DNA of 64,000 nt, taken from assembly GCF_004010195.1 (NCBI RefSeq), contig NC_057751.1, forward strand, positions 9,683,457 through 9,747,456. The letters are read 5' to 3'. Under the pieces are notes generated by a model. The model did not search any database. It saw only the letters and a list, made by a program, of their open reading frames with translations, and had not been told where the DNA came from. This document shows, piece after piece, positions 12,262-23,636 of the stretch (positions within the stretch are counted from its first letter, which is position 1; each line of letters starts with the position of its first letter). A program made the translations under genes and the position numbers. This DNA comes from Chiloscyllium plagiosum (lineage: Eukaryota).

Positions 12262-13181
12262 TGTTAGAATCCTCACTGATTTTTTTGTTATTTTCATTTT
12301 TTTTCAGTTTTGGTTTGGAGCTGTGAACTGAGAGGTGAAGATATCCTTTGGACTGTGAGAAGCCAAAAACAAAAGAACAAAACAAACAAGCTATTGTTTG
12401 TTTCTAAGGCCAGGCCTGAAAGTTAATTGCAGGTTGGTTCTTCATAAAAAGTATTCTGCAGATTCTTCACAACACCAGGGACAGACAACTAGATAGCAAA
12501 TGTGTGGCCATTAATAAGGTCATTACCTGGAAATTAGTGCTACCAAGTGTGCAAAGGAACATGATGGTAACAGAAGTAAGGGCAATAGTTTGAACCGACT
12601 TTTGTGTGAAGTTTGGCTCTTGATGTTACAGGATAAAAATCAAAAAACTCCCTGCCTAACTTCCCCTTATCAACTGTTGCACATTCAGAGAACAGAAACA
12701 AAGTATTACTGATTTCCTCAGAGTGAACTCAAAATGTCACCCTGATCGACATCACCTTAAAACCAATCAAGAAACAATCACATATGCCTCAACAACAATG
12801 CATTGTGAAAACCAGTGACGTAATTTGACCAGTTTTGTTATTTTATTTATTCCTTAATTATATTTGATTCATCTATTTTTTTGTGTGAGACTGAAAGCAA
12901 AGATTTTTGGATTTAAATCAGAGATATGAATTAAATTATTTTGTTGCTTAATTTTGCTCTGCTAAAGTATGAGTAATAAATACTTAAGCCTTTTGTTTAC
13001 CGTACAAACCTGATGTCTATAATTATTCAGAATCTCAAATTGGTTATTCAAAAGCAATAGGTGTTGATTGAAACCTTTGGGGTCAATTTTGAGGGTCTTT
13101 GAAAGTTTTAAGTTTACTGTGTTGTGAATATAGAGATAGGAAGGCTGATTTGATTTGGCTGTCTGTCTCCATGTTGTAACA
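12262..13181 (+). mobile_element. Solo LTR inserted in a CR1 remnant
   Basis: TGTTA...TAACA inverted ends, internal AATAAA; CR1 sequence stops before it (GAGGGTGCAGAAGAGA) and resumes after it (CAGGGATGGGGGATTTCAGTTATGTGG). Confidence 0.55.
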
Positions 13182-15251
13182 GCAGTATCAGGGATGGGGG
13201 ATTTCAGTTATGTGGACAGATGAGAGAAGCTGAAGTTGATCGCCTTGGGGCAGAAAGGTGAAGAGGTGATTTCTTTTGGGTTTCAAAATTGATCATTTTG
13301 CAAGTAAATAATCATCTTTAACGGTAAAAAGATCAGGAACCAGGATACACTGATATAAGGAGACGGGCAAAAATAAATCTAAGGTCACGTGATAAAACTT
13401 TTTCTTTGACACAGATACTGTACTTGGGATTGCACTGCCTGCACAGATGGTAAGAGCAGAGTCATGAGCAACATTGAAAGGTGAGAAAAATTTGGAATGG
13501 CAAAAATATAGATGACACACAAACAACAAAAAAAAGGAATTAAAAGCAATCTGCAGATGCTGGAAATCTGAAATGTTGGACACACTCAGAAGGTCTGGCA
13601 AAATCTGTAGAGAGAGAAACAGTTAACACTTCAGGACTGATATGACTTTTTTTCAGGACAAGCAGTTCTACTGAGTTTTTCCAAGAGAGCGAAATGAATT
13701 GGACAGCACTCCCTCTGTCCTCCATCTGTGTTATCTCAGAGTGAAATGACCAATAAAAATATATCCCAGCACCCTCAATATTCTTGCCTTAGTTTTAACT
13801 TCAGTGTTGAGTGCCAGAGAACAGCCAGATCTTTCTCTGTTACCACCAGTTTCATTACTTTTCTCTGAAGATCAAATGTACAGTACAGGATTTACCTAAT
13901 CAATATTCATAGCCTTGCCAAGCTGAGCATCATTTGCAAATGTCACGAGCTCAAAATCCAGCATTTATTGTTTTGCCTTAAGTAGCCTTTGCTCTTCCAA
14001 TAACTTTACCAAATTTAAATATCTACCCATCACATACATCTAGATCATTAAAAATAGTGAACAACAACAGTGTCAAGGCAATCCTGCACCTCAGTACAAG
14101 ACAGTGAATTCCAAGCAAATTCACTCAATCTCGTGCAAAAGATTGGTATGAATACCAAAGACTTTTGCCTTGTAAAAATGCTCTTTTTCAGTCAAAAGAT
14201 TTTTAGAAACTTCCACAGACAATATGTATTAGCTTGGTGACTTGTCAAAGTACAAAATCACATTTATAAAATGGAACTGTTTATTTTTGAAGCTAAATTG
14301 GCAATCCCTCATATTCCCCCTGTCCAATGGTCATATTTTGATGGTTTCCAGCATCCTTCCTGACACAAAACAAATTAGCCAATAGCTGCAACCATCTTCT
14401 TTTACAATCTTGAGACTACATTCACCTCCTTACAGTTGACCAACAAACTATGAAAGAATCAGGAAAGGGACTTGCATAAAATTTGTCTTAGCTTCCCAAA
14501 AACTTCTGAGTGGAAAATGTTCAATTCGGATACTGTTCATTCAAGGCTGCTAATTCCATTTAAAAACAATATGTTCATCATGAACTGAAACAGAAATTGC
14601 TGGAGAAACTCAGCAAGTTTGGCAGTATTTGTGGAGGGAAGCAGTTTTACCAGAGTCCAGTGGCCCATCTTCAAAGCTGGACTCAAATAATTAACTTTGC
14701 TTTCTCTCCAGAGATACTGTCAGACCTGCTGAGTTTCTCGAGAAACGTCTCATTTTTTTCAGAACTCCAGCATCCAGAGTTCTTCTTTTGTTCTGATGTT
14801 TATCTCTAGTTTTTTGGTACTAGAGAAATTTAGCATTGCTGGAGAAAGACATTGTCAAAATTTATTATCCCACATTCATTAGGATAATTTATGAGAAATA
14901 TAACATAAAAGGAAAATGTTGTTTATACTGTATGAAAGGGAGTTCTGATTGATTGGTAGATGCATTACAATGGAGAATGCACAAGTTTGTGGTGATGAAG
15001 ATTAACATCGAAGCTTAGTTTACATTTGAAACCAGTCAGGTTGATTCTGATTGATCAAGGCATTATCCTGAAAAATGAACGAGGGAATGTTCATCATCTA
15101 TTTTGTTCAGTTGAAATAGACACAGTGTGTGTCCATGTTCCTTCTGTTGCCTGGAACAGGACCCTGTGTATTACAGCATGTACACTCCAGTGCAGGCAAG
15201 CATCATATACTGCTACAAGTTTGAGCAGCATGTGAAATTCATTTCACACTT

Positions 15252-15480
15252 CAGGTATCCCCCACTTTGAGAGTTCGCTTTATGCCACTTCGCTTTTACG
15301 AAATACCTACATTAGTACCTGTTTTTGCTCAGCAAAAGAAATCCAATGAGGATTTTTACTTTTATGAATAAAGGTGAAATTTTTCCCATATAAAGAAATT
15401 AATGCTTCTTCACTTTATGCCATTTCAGCTTAGGACAGATTTCTGAGGAAAGCTCTACTTTATGATTTTCAGGAATATAT
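15252..15480. mobile_element. Tigger/pogo-like MITE, copy 1
   Basis: Homologous to 22644-22866; begins CAGGTATCCCCC. Confidence 0.55.
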
Positions 15481-17632
15481 AAAAAAATACAAAAATATAA
15501 CAGCCAACAGAAATGGTGTTCACCACTACCAATGCTGCTTTCAAATGAGAAAGACATGCAATGTTTGGATTCCCTAGTGCAGATGGTCATTGGCTGGCTC
15601 CAGAGTGGTGCAAATGTTACTTGTCACATGTCAACCCAAGTCTGGATATTGTCCAGGTCTTGATGTCCTTGGATATGCTTCAGTATCGAAGGAGCTACAA
15701 ATGAAGCTGAACTTTGTGCAATCATTTGCGAACATCCCAACTTCTGACTTGATGATTGCCTGAAGATCATTGATGAAGCAGCTGAAGATGGACATTACCC
15801 TGCAGAGATGTCTTGGAGCTGAGATGACTGACCTGCACCTACCACAACCATCTTGCTTTGTGCAAGGCATGACTAGAAGCAGTAACGAGTATCCTCCCAG
15901 ATTCCCATTGACTCTAATGCCATACAGTCGAATGTCAACTTGATGTCACTGTTGCCTCATGTCTGGAATTCAGCTCTTTGGTCCAGATTTTAATCAAGGC
16001 TGTAACAAGGTCAGGAATTGAGTGGTCCTTGCAGAACCCAAACTGAGAATCAGTGAGCCAGTTATTACAAAGCAGGTGCTGCTTGATATTGCTATTGATG
16101 CTCCCTTCTATCACTTCACTGTCAATCTAACATAGGCTGGCAGGGCAGTTTATATTTGGCTTGTATATATACAGGACATACCCAAATAATTTTCCACATC
16201 CCCAGGTTGATGCCATCTCATGAATTAGCTAGGCTCGGGATGTGGCAAGTTCTGAATCACATGTACAATTATTGACAAGGCCCATGGCCTTTGCAGTATC
16301 CCATACCTTCAGCCATTTCTTCATGTGACATGGAGTGAATTGAATTGGCTTAAAACTGGTCACTGTGATGCTGGGGACCTCCACCTGGGGCCAAGATAGG
16401 TCATCCATTTGGTACATCTGGAAGATGATCACTGCAAATGTCTCAACATAATCTTTTGCACTTGTGCCGGGGTCTTCTCCATCCCTCCTCCTCCTCTCCC
16501 TCCCCCGCCAGTTTTGCACATCATGTTCCAGTTAGTTGATTTCTATCTCCAACAAGAGAAATTGCCTTTGGACATTGAATGGCAACACAATTAGCTGAAT
16601 CCCAACTCTGAACATCTCGGGGCTTTGGAGCACAAGACTTGGAATCATTTAATAGTCAGGAAAATATACTGTTCAACAATTAAGATGTCAGCTTTGTATT
16701 TCTAAAATGGATGGACATTGATGAAAAAATAAATTTCAAAAAAAGCTTAAGTAAAAGCCAAAATGAGGGACACATTTTCAGGTCGTCTTCCAAACAGTCC
16801 AAAATTTACAAAACATTTTGCAACACCAGGAGCAAAAAGCTGAAAAGTTGGTGGGAAATAAACTCGTGAAGAGACTGTAATGATTGGAATGGGAACGTCT
16901 GCAAGCATCATCCGCAACTTTTTCTAATCCTTGCTCAGATTCTCAACCAGAAGCACATAGCATATTAGTGAAATTCCTGGTCACACGATCGCTCCAACAT
17001 GATTTTAGCCACAGGCTGCAATCTTAAAACAGTACGTACAATCGTGATTCGACTGCACGTACATCCCAAATACATGAATTGAAATGTCCAACTATTAAGT
17101 TAGCTTAAAAGAAAAATATAATGAAATTACACTCATACTCTGTTTTGCTTCTCACCAGTTTACCAAAACACAAGATGAAAAAATGTTGTGCAAATGGTCA
17201 TTGGGATTCTATGCGCAAAACAAAAAAAAAGTCTGTGGATTAAAATTGAGTAGGTAAATCTGGATTCGCAATTGGCTGGGATGTGACGAATGGACGTTAA
17301 TGAAATACACAATGAAAACTGCTGTTTATCTCCAGATCCCAGAATTCGAAACGTGGAAAAGTGGTGAAGAGTGAACCTGGGACTTAAACTGGGCGTGAAA
17401 GAGATGAAGCCCCCAACCCAAATTCCATTGGCTGTGGGCCAGGTCGCACATAATAGTTGCTCAAAGGTTCGTGTGTCTGGAATGTGAGGACAGGATGGTT
17501 CAGAGGAAAATGAAAGTAGGACAAACTTTCAGGCTGACTGCAAGCAGAAGCGGCGCTACTTTGGAACTAAATGTTTGCAATTTGGTCGGATGCAATTGCT
17601 GTTGAACCGGTGGAAGCCAGGCCAGCCCTTAC

Positions 17633-17800
17633 CTGGTCACTTATGGCCCCCGAGCCCGCTTCACATGGCGCTGGGGCCTCGCTGCACGGGCGGCGCTGCT
17701 TAGTTTAGGCTGCCATGTCTAGGAAGCGCCTCCTCTGCCTGTCCTCATAACGCTGAGGCGGGACAATACCTTCCCCTGTGACGCCACTAGCCAAGCCGGC
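17633..17800 (-). other. ITPRIPL1: Putative non-coding first exon of the ITPRIPL1-like gene (upper boundary/TSS approximate)
   Basis: Minus-strand consensus donor CAG|GTAAGG (plus strand CCTTACCTG at 17627-17635) inside a CpG-rich patch. It matches the otherwise unpaired acceptor 1 nt upstream of the ATG at 9697. Confidence 0.55.
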
Positions 17801-17970
17801 CAGCTTGCTCCCCAGACAAGCTCAGAGATCATCGGTTTAACCTGTCCCCTGCAAGCAGCAACAATACGGCCTGCAAGGCAGGGTGACCGGCCACTCACTT
17901 CCCTTATTCGCATCAGTCACCTCCTGCAGAATGTGAGCCACTTCCGGGTTTCAAAGTCAGCAAGCTCACC

Positions 17971-18061
17971 ATGGCTCAGACTGTGCTGGGACAGCTCCTG
18001 TTCGCTTGCTGCGTTTTGTCCGGACTGCACTCATTCGACCTAAACCAGAGACCCATTATCG
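17971..18061 (+). CDS. GGH: Gamma-glutamyl hydrolase-like, coding exon 1 (signal peptide, MAQTVLGQLLFACCVLSGLHSFDLNQRPIIG)
   Basis: Kozak CACCATGG; hydrophobic signal peptide then the NxRPIIG motif of GGH; donor G|GTGAGT; 91 nt. Confidence 0.9.
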
Positions 18062-18559
18062 GTGAGTCTTGATTATTCAGGCGACATTCAGCTGACACCT
18101 TCCCTCTTCAGATTTTTAGTATTTCTTGTTAAATTCCTCTTTCTCACATCTTCTCCCTTCTTGTTAAGAACTATTTTGATTTGCTCCTGATAGGACCAGT
18201 ATTTTTGGTTTGTGCTAGTTTTCTCTCTCCGAGACAGCCGGAACATCCTCTTTTTACATGGATTGTTTTATTTGACTAGTGAGCGTCACCAAGACGGTTC
18301 TCGCTTTGTGTCCCGTCGCTGAAGAGGAAGTACGACTGAAAAACGCTAATGGTCCGCTTAAATTCAGAGTTTGCAAGATCAGAAATGATTGCTCAATGAT
18401 CAGCACCACCATTTCCTCAGAAACTGATGTAGTCCACACCCAAACTCTTCAAAATGTGGACTACATTCGGGCTTTGGCTGTAACATTTGTGCCACATAAA
18501 TGCCAGGAAATCACCATCTCCAACAAAAGAGACTTGTCATTGCTCCTTGACATTCAATG

Positions 18560-19190
18560 CTCCTTTACCTCACTTTTGCTAAGATGGCGGTGGACTCAGG
18601 TTTGTGAGCAAAGAGTCTGTCTGTTTTTCTTTTTCTTTTTTGGGGTTTCTTTTTTCTTTTTCTCTTGTTGCTTTCCTCTTGTTGAAGAGTTTGTTTGCAG
18701 CAACGGCATCGGTGGCAGTGAGTGAGCCCAGTGTGGACTTGTGGTGGCGTTGGAGTTTGGGTTCCTGGTGGCTTCTGAATCGATGAGGCAGTCCTAGCGC
18801 CGGTATGGCTGCTGCAGCGGAGGCAGGTTTGGGTTCCCGGTGGCATCTGCAGCTTCATGGAGGCGAGCTTGAACCCTGTACGAGACTCAGTGGCATCTGC
18901 ATTGGCAAGGTCCAGCAAAGAATCATTGTGGCGCAGAAGAGTGGAGACTTTGGTTCCAGCAATGGCACAGCGCAGGAAACTTGTGCCTGGCTACCAGGCC
19001 TATGGTCCATGGCAGAGCACTTAAGAAGGATTCTGAAGTTGAGCACATTTTCTTCATTTTTCTGCCTTTACTTTTGATGTTTTGGTTTACTTTTCTGTGA
19101 TTAAATATAGTATCACAGAGTGATGACACCATACAACACTTTTCATTGTGTTTTGTAACAAAATAAACATGACAATAAATCAAATCAAAT
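18560..19190 (+). mobile_element. Non-autonomous retroelement with a Rex1-type 3' tail
   Basis: Begins near AAGATGGCGG, GC-rich non-coding body, ends CTTTTCATTGTG...CATGACAATAAA(TCAAA)n like the Rex1 tail at 33590-33650; interrupts a LINE remnant. Confidence 0.5.
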
Positions 19191-19627
19191 ATTAATATCA
19201 AAAAGTTGAAATGAACTAGCATAAAAACTGTTGAGTGTGTGGTGCTGGAAAAGCACAGCAGGTCAGGCAGCATCCGAGGAGCAGGAGAGTTGACATTTTG
19301 GGCAAAATCCCTTCATCAGGAACGGCTGCAAGAGAAGGTCAGAGGTAAGGAGTCCTATGACAAGTAACTGGTTCCCTAAAGACTGTCCTTTATCTGCATA
19401 CTGTAAGCCAGGAGTGTGATGGAAGATGCCCCACTGGCCTCTATGAATGCAGCCCCAAAAAACACTGAAGAAGCTTGACACTGTCCAGGACAAAGCAACC
19501 CACTTGACAGGCACCACATTCACAAACATCATCTTGCTCCACCACCTACACATGGTAAAGTATAGGTAAAGGAATAAAGTTGTTGTAAGCTTTTTAAAAA
19601 GTATTAATTGAGTTGGTTGACAGGGAG

Positions 19628-19766
19628 GAGAAAGTGAGGTCTGCAGATGCTGGAGATCAAAGTTGAAACTTTATTGCTGGAACAGCACAGCAGGTCAGGC
19701 AGCATCCAGGGAACAGGAGATTCGACGTTTCGGGCACAGGCCCTTCTTCAGGAATGAGCAGAGAGT
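19628..19766 (-). mobile_element. Penelope terminal-repeat-derived short element with a hammerhead-like core
   Basis: 8-bp TSD ACAGGGAG (19620-19627, 19767-19774); same family as the 3' end of the GIY-YIG element at 33907-34418. Confidence 0.75.
19720..19755 (-). ncRNA. Minimal type I hammerhead ribozyme-like motif
   Basis: Minus strand ATTC-CTGAAGA-A-GGGC(CTGT)GCCC-GAAA-CGTC-GAAT: core boxes, 4-bp stem II, palindromic ACGT helix III, GUC cleavage triplet, 4-bp stem I. Activity untested. Confidence 0.5.
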
Positions 19767-20484
19767 ACAGGGAGCCTTTTACAAATGTTATGGCTGGAGT
19801 CATGTTTTTCTTGGTTTATTTTGTGTTAACGAGCATTAATGGAACTGTCAACTGAATAGAGAGATTCAGAAAGGTGTGGAGGAAATGGATTTATGAGTGC
19901 AAATACTTGACAATTTCATGGAGGAGCCACTTTTAAGGACTTGCACATCTGCACACTGAAGTTGGTTTTCCACTCTTGAAAATCTTACCATTTCTTTGCC
20001 GTTCCCTTCATTCAAAAACATTTTGCTCACAATTCTCAACACAAAACTGAATATGCCACCAAACTGCACATCATACTCTCTTTTCTATAGCTTCCTCCAG
20101 CACTGTGCGCCATTTTGGTCAATTGATATACTTGGACTGGATGTAATTCATTGAAGGTTCACTCGGTTTCTTGGTTGGGGGAAACAGACAAAGGGCTTGG
20201 CAATGTTTATGACTAAGTAGCTGCTTTCGCAGTGCAGAGCATGGTGAGATAGAGCTGGCAGGAGAATGAAGTTTAGACAGAGGGTCAGCAGTGTTTGCAC
20301 TGAATAGTGCAGTGGGCATGAGGGACTCTCAAGTCTTCTGCTCTTGTTCCTTCTATTGTGTTCTCTGAATAAACATTTCTGCACTGTGAGGAATTTATTT
20401 TAACTGATATTTTTGGGTCAGATTCTACCTCCAGAACTGCAATGAGAAACTTACAGATGAAGGTGAGGGGAGAAAGTTTGAAGA

Positions 20485-22215
20485 GAAAATGATAAATATT
20501 TTGCATCAGTATTTACTGTGGAAAAGGATATGGAAGATATAGACTCTAAGGAAATAGATGGTGACATGTTGCAAAATATACAAATTACAGAGGAGGAAGT
20601 GCTGGATGTCTTGAAAAGGGTAAAGGTGGATAAACCCCTGATCAGGTGTACCCGAGAACTCTGTGGGAAGCCAGAGAAGTGATTGCTGGGCCTCTTGCTG
20701 AGATATTTGTATCATCGATAGTCACAGGTGAGGTGCCGGAAGACTGGAGGTTGGCAAATGTGGTGCCACTGTTTCAGAAGGGCGGTAAAGACAAGCCATG
20801 GAACTACAGAACCGGTGAGCCTGACCTCGGTGGTGGGCAAGTTGTTGGAGGGAATCCTGAGGGACAGGATGTACATGTATTTGAAAAGGCAAGGACTGAT
20901 TAGGGATAGTCAATATGGCTTAGTGCATGGGAAATCATGTCTCACAAATTTGATCGAGTTTTCTGAAGAAATAACAAAGAGGATTGATGAGGGCAGAGCA
21001 GTAGATGTGATCTATATGGACTACAGTAAGGCATTCGACAAGGTTCCCCATGGGAGACTGATTCGCAAGGTTAGATCTCATGGAATACAGGGAGAACTCG
21101 CCATTTGGATACAGGGAGAACTCGCCATTTGGATACAGAACTGGCTCAAAGGTAGAAGACAGAGGGTGGTGGTGGAGGGTTGTTTTTCAGACTGGAGGCC
21201 TGTGACCAGTGGAGTGCCACAAGGATCGGTGCTGGGACCTCTACTTTTTGTCATTTATATAAATGATTTGGATGCGAGCATAAGAGTTTCAGTTGGTTAG
21301 TTTGCAGATGACACCAAAATTGGAGGTGTAGTGGACAGCAAAGAGGGTTACCTCAGATTATAGCAGGATCTGGACCAGATGGGCCAATGGGCTGAGAAGT
21401 GGCAGATAGTTTAATTCAGATAAATACGAGGTGCTGCATTTTGGGAAAGCAAATCTTAGCAGGACTTATACACTTAATGGTTAGGTCCTAGGTAGTGTTG
21501 CTGAACAAAAGACCTTGGAGTTCAGGTTCATAGCTCCTTGAAAGTGGAGTCGCAGGGAGAGAGAATAGTGAAGAAGGCGTTTGATGTGCTTTCCTTTATA
21601 AGTTAGAGTATTGAGTACTGGAGTTGGGAGGTCATGATGCGGCTGTACAGGACATTGGTTAGGCCACTGTTGGAATATTGTGTGCAATTCTGGTCTCCTT
21701 CCTATCAGAAAGATGTTGTGAAACTTGAAAGGGTTCAGAAAAGATTTACAAGGATGTTGCCAGGGTTGGAGGATTTGAGCTACAGGGGGAGGCTGAACAG
21801 GCTGGGGCTGTTTTCCCTGGAGTGTCAGAGGCTGAGGGGTGACCTTGTAGAGGTTTACAAAATTATGAGGGGCATGGATAGGATAAATAGGCAAAGACTT
21901 TTCCCTGGGTTCGGGGAGTCCAGAACGAGATGGCATAGGTTTAGGGTGAGAGGGGAAAGATATAAAAGAAACCGAAGGGGCAACGTTTTCACGGAGAGGG
22001 TGGTACGTGTATGGAATGAGCAGCCAGAGGAAGTGGTGGAGGCTGGTACAATTGCAACATTTAAGAGGCATTTGGATGGTATATGAAGAGGAAGGGTTTG
22101 GAGGGATATGGGCTGCGTGCTGGCAGGTGGGACTAGATTGGTTTGGGATATCTGGTCGGCATGGACAGGTTGGACCGAAGCATTTGTTTTCATGCTGTAC
22201 ATCTCTGTGACTCTG
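20485..22215 (+). mobile_element. 5'-truncated CR1 (HER1-like) LINE, RT domain and 3' UTR, fairly young
   Basis: [43 protein letters not shown]; few frameshifts/stops; (CTCTGA)-like tail. Confidence 0.95.
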
Positions 22216-22643
22216 ACTCTAATAACTCTGTAATTCAGTGCACAACATAAGGCCATAAGATCATGTGAGATGTTGTGTTTTGAGCTATTGTGTTATACAG
22301 TATCTTTCCTGACTAACTCACCAGCTTGCTATATTCATTAATATTCATTCATAACCCTTTATTAACCCTTGAGTATAACATGGTTTCATTAATTCATTCA
22401 GAAATTACCAGTTCTGTGATATATTTTACTATGCAAATTTAAAACAACCCTTTGTAATCAAAGCAACCGTTTGGAACCCATTACTGGTTTTTCACACCTT
22501 ATCAGTCCTTGCTACAAGCAGTGTTTACCTCTGAATAAGGGTAGCATACAGAACAATACTATCCCCATCAAGTCTCCACAAAACATTATAATATTAATCA
22601 GTCCTAACCAACCATCTCCTGAACGTAAAAGATTCCCCAATTA

Positions 22644-22866
22644 CAGTTATCTCCCGCTTTTTGAAAGTTCACTTTACGTCACTTCGTTTTTACGAAAGAC
22701 CTAATTAGTACCTGTTTTCACTAACCGAAAGAAATCTGAAGAGGATTTTCACTTTTAGAAAGAAAGGAGAATTTTTTCCCATGTGAATTAATGCTTCTTC
22801 GCTTTATGTCATTTCAGCTTACAAAAGGTTTCATAGGCTTTACTTTCAGATAGCGGGGGATAGTTG
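22644..22866. mobile_element. Tigger/pogo-like MITE, copy 2
   Basis: TA-CAGTTATCTCCCGC ... GCGGGGGATAGTTG imperfect terminal inverted repeats; internal homology to 15252-15480. Confidence 0.6.
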
Positions 22867-23521
22867 CATGAAGTACCTGTGAAATACCTTCAAGAAACTA
22901 ACTGACCAAAACAGCACTTCCATGAAATTGCATGAATGAATGAATGAATGAAAGTCACAATGGTAAATAATAAGCAAAGCTCACAACCAAGCTGCAGAAA
23001 TCAGTTTAATATACTTTATTTCTTTATTAAGTACAGGAACAATTTCTACTTAGACCTTATAGGCCTAGTGCTTTTACTAACATTTACTAGCTTAAAAGAC
23101 AAAAGAACTAACACCTCTTGATTGTGCAAGCGAAAGACACTCTTAATCCCATCTGAAGTAACAGCCAGCACTTCGCACATGTTTTAACCCATCCCCTGTC
23201 TCCCAGGACATAAGCCTGTGAAACCTTGGCAAACAGTAGGTAAAAAAATGTAACACCAGAGTAATGGAATTTTAATACATGTAAGAACTGTGTGCAAAGG
23301 GACTTTTATCAGAAATGTATTTTGGAATTCTATTGTCACTTCAAGCTTGTGCTGTGATTGCTGAATAAAAGAGGCTATTTTTGCCACTCACCAGTCGTTA
23401 TTTGAACAAAATCTCACACCAGAAGACATAGGAGCAGAAATTAGGCCACTCAGCCGATCGTGTCTGCTCCACCATTCAAACATGTATCTTGCTTAAGTTT
23501 GATCTTAGCTGTGTCCCACAG

Positions 23522-23636
23522 GCATATTGGTCCAGGAAACATTTGATCCAAATCTCCTTCCATATGGGAAATATTACATTGCTGCACCCTATGTGAAATA
23601 TCTGGAGTCTGCTGGCTGCAGAGTGGTACCAGTCAG
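23522..23636 (+). CDS. GGH: GGH-like exon 2 ([38 protein letters not shown])
   Basis: cag| acceptor and |gtaata donor; [14 protein letters not shown] motif; 115 nt, phases compatible with neighbours. Confidence 0.95.

Larger units (their letters stand above)
17540..18070. promoter_or_regulatory. CpG-rich, probably bidirectional promoter (ITPRIPL1-like / GGH-like)
   Basis: Local CpG/GC enrichment; ETS/GABPA motif ACTTCCGG at 17940-17947; YY1-like ACATGGC motifs near 17663 and 17712; GGH ATG at 17971 and an opposite-strand donor at 17633. Confidence 0.6.
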
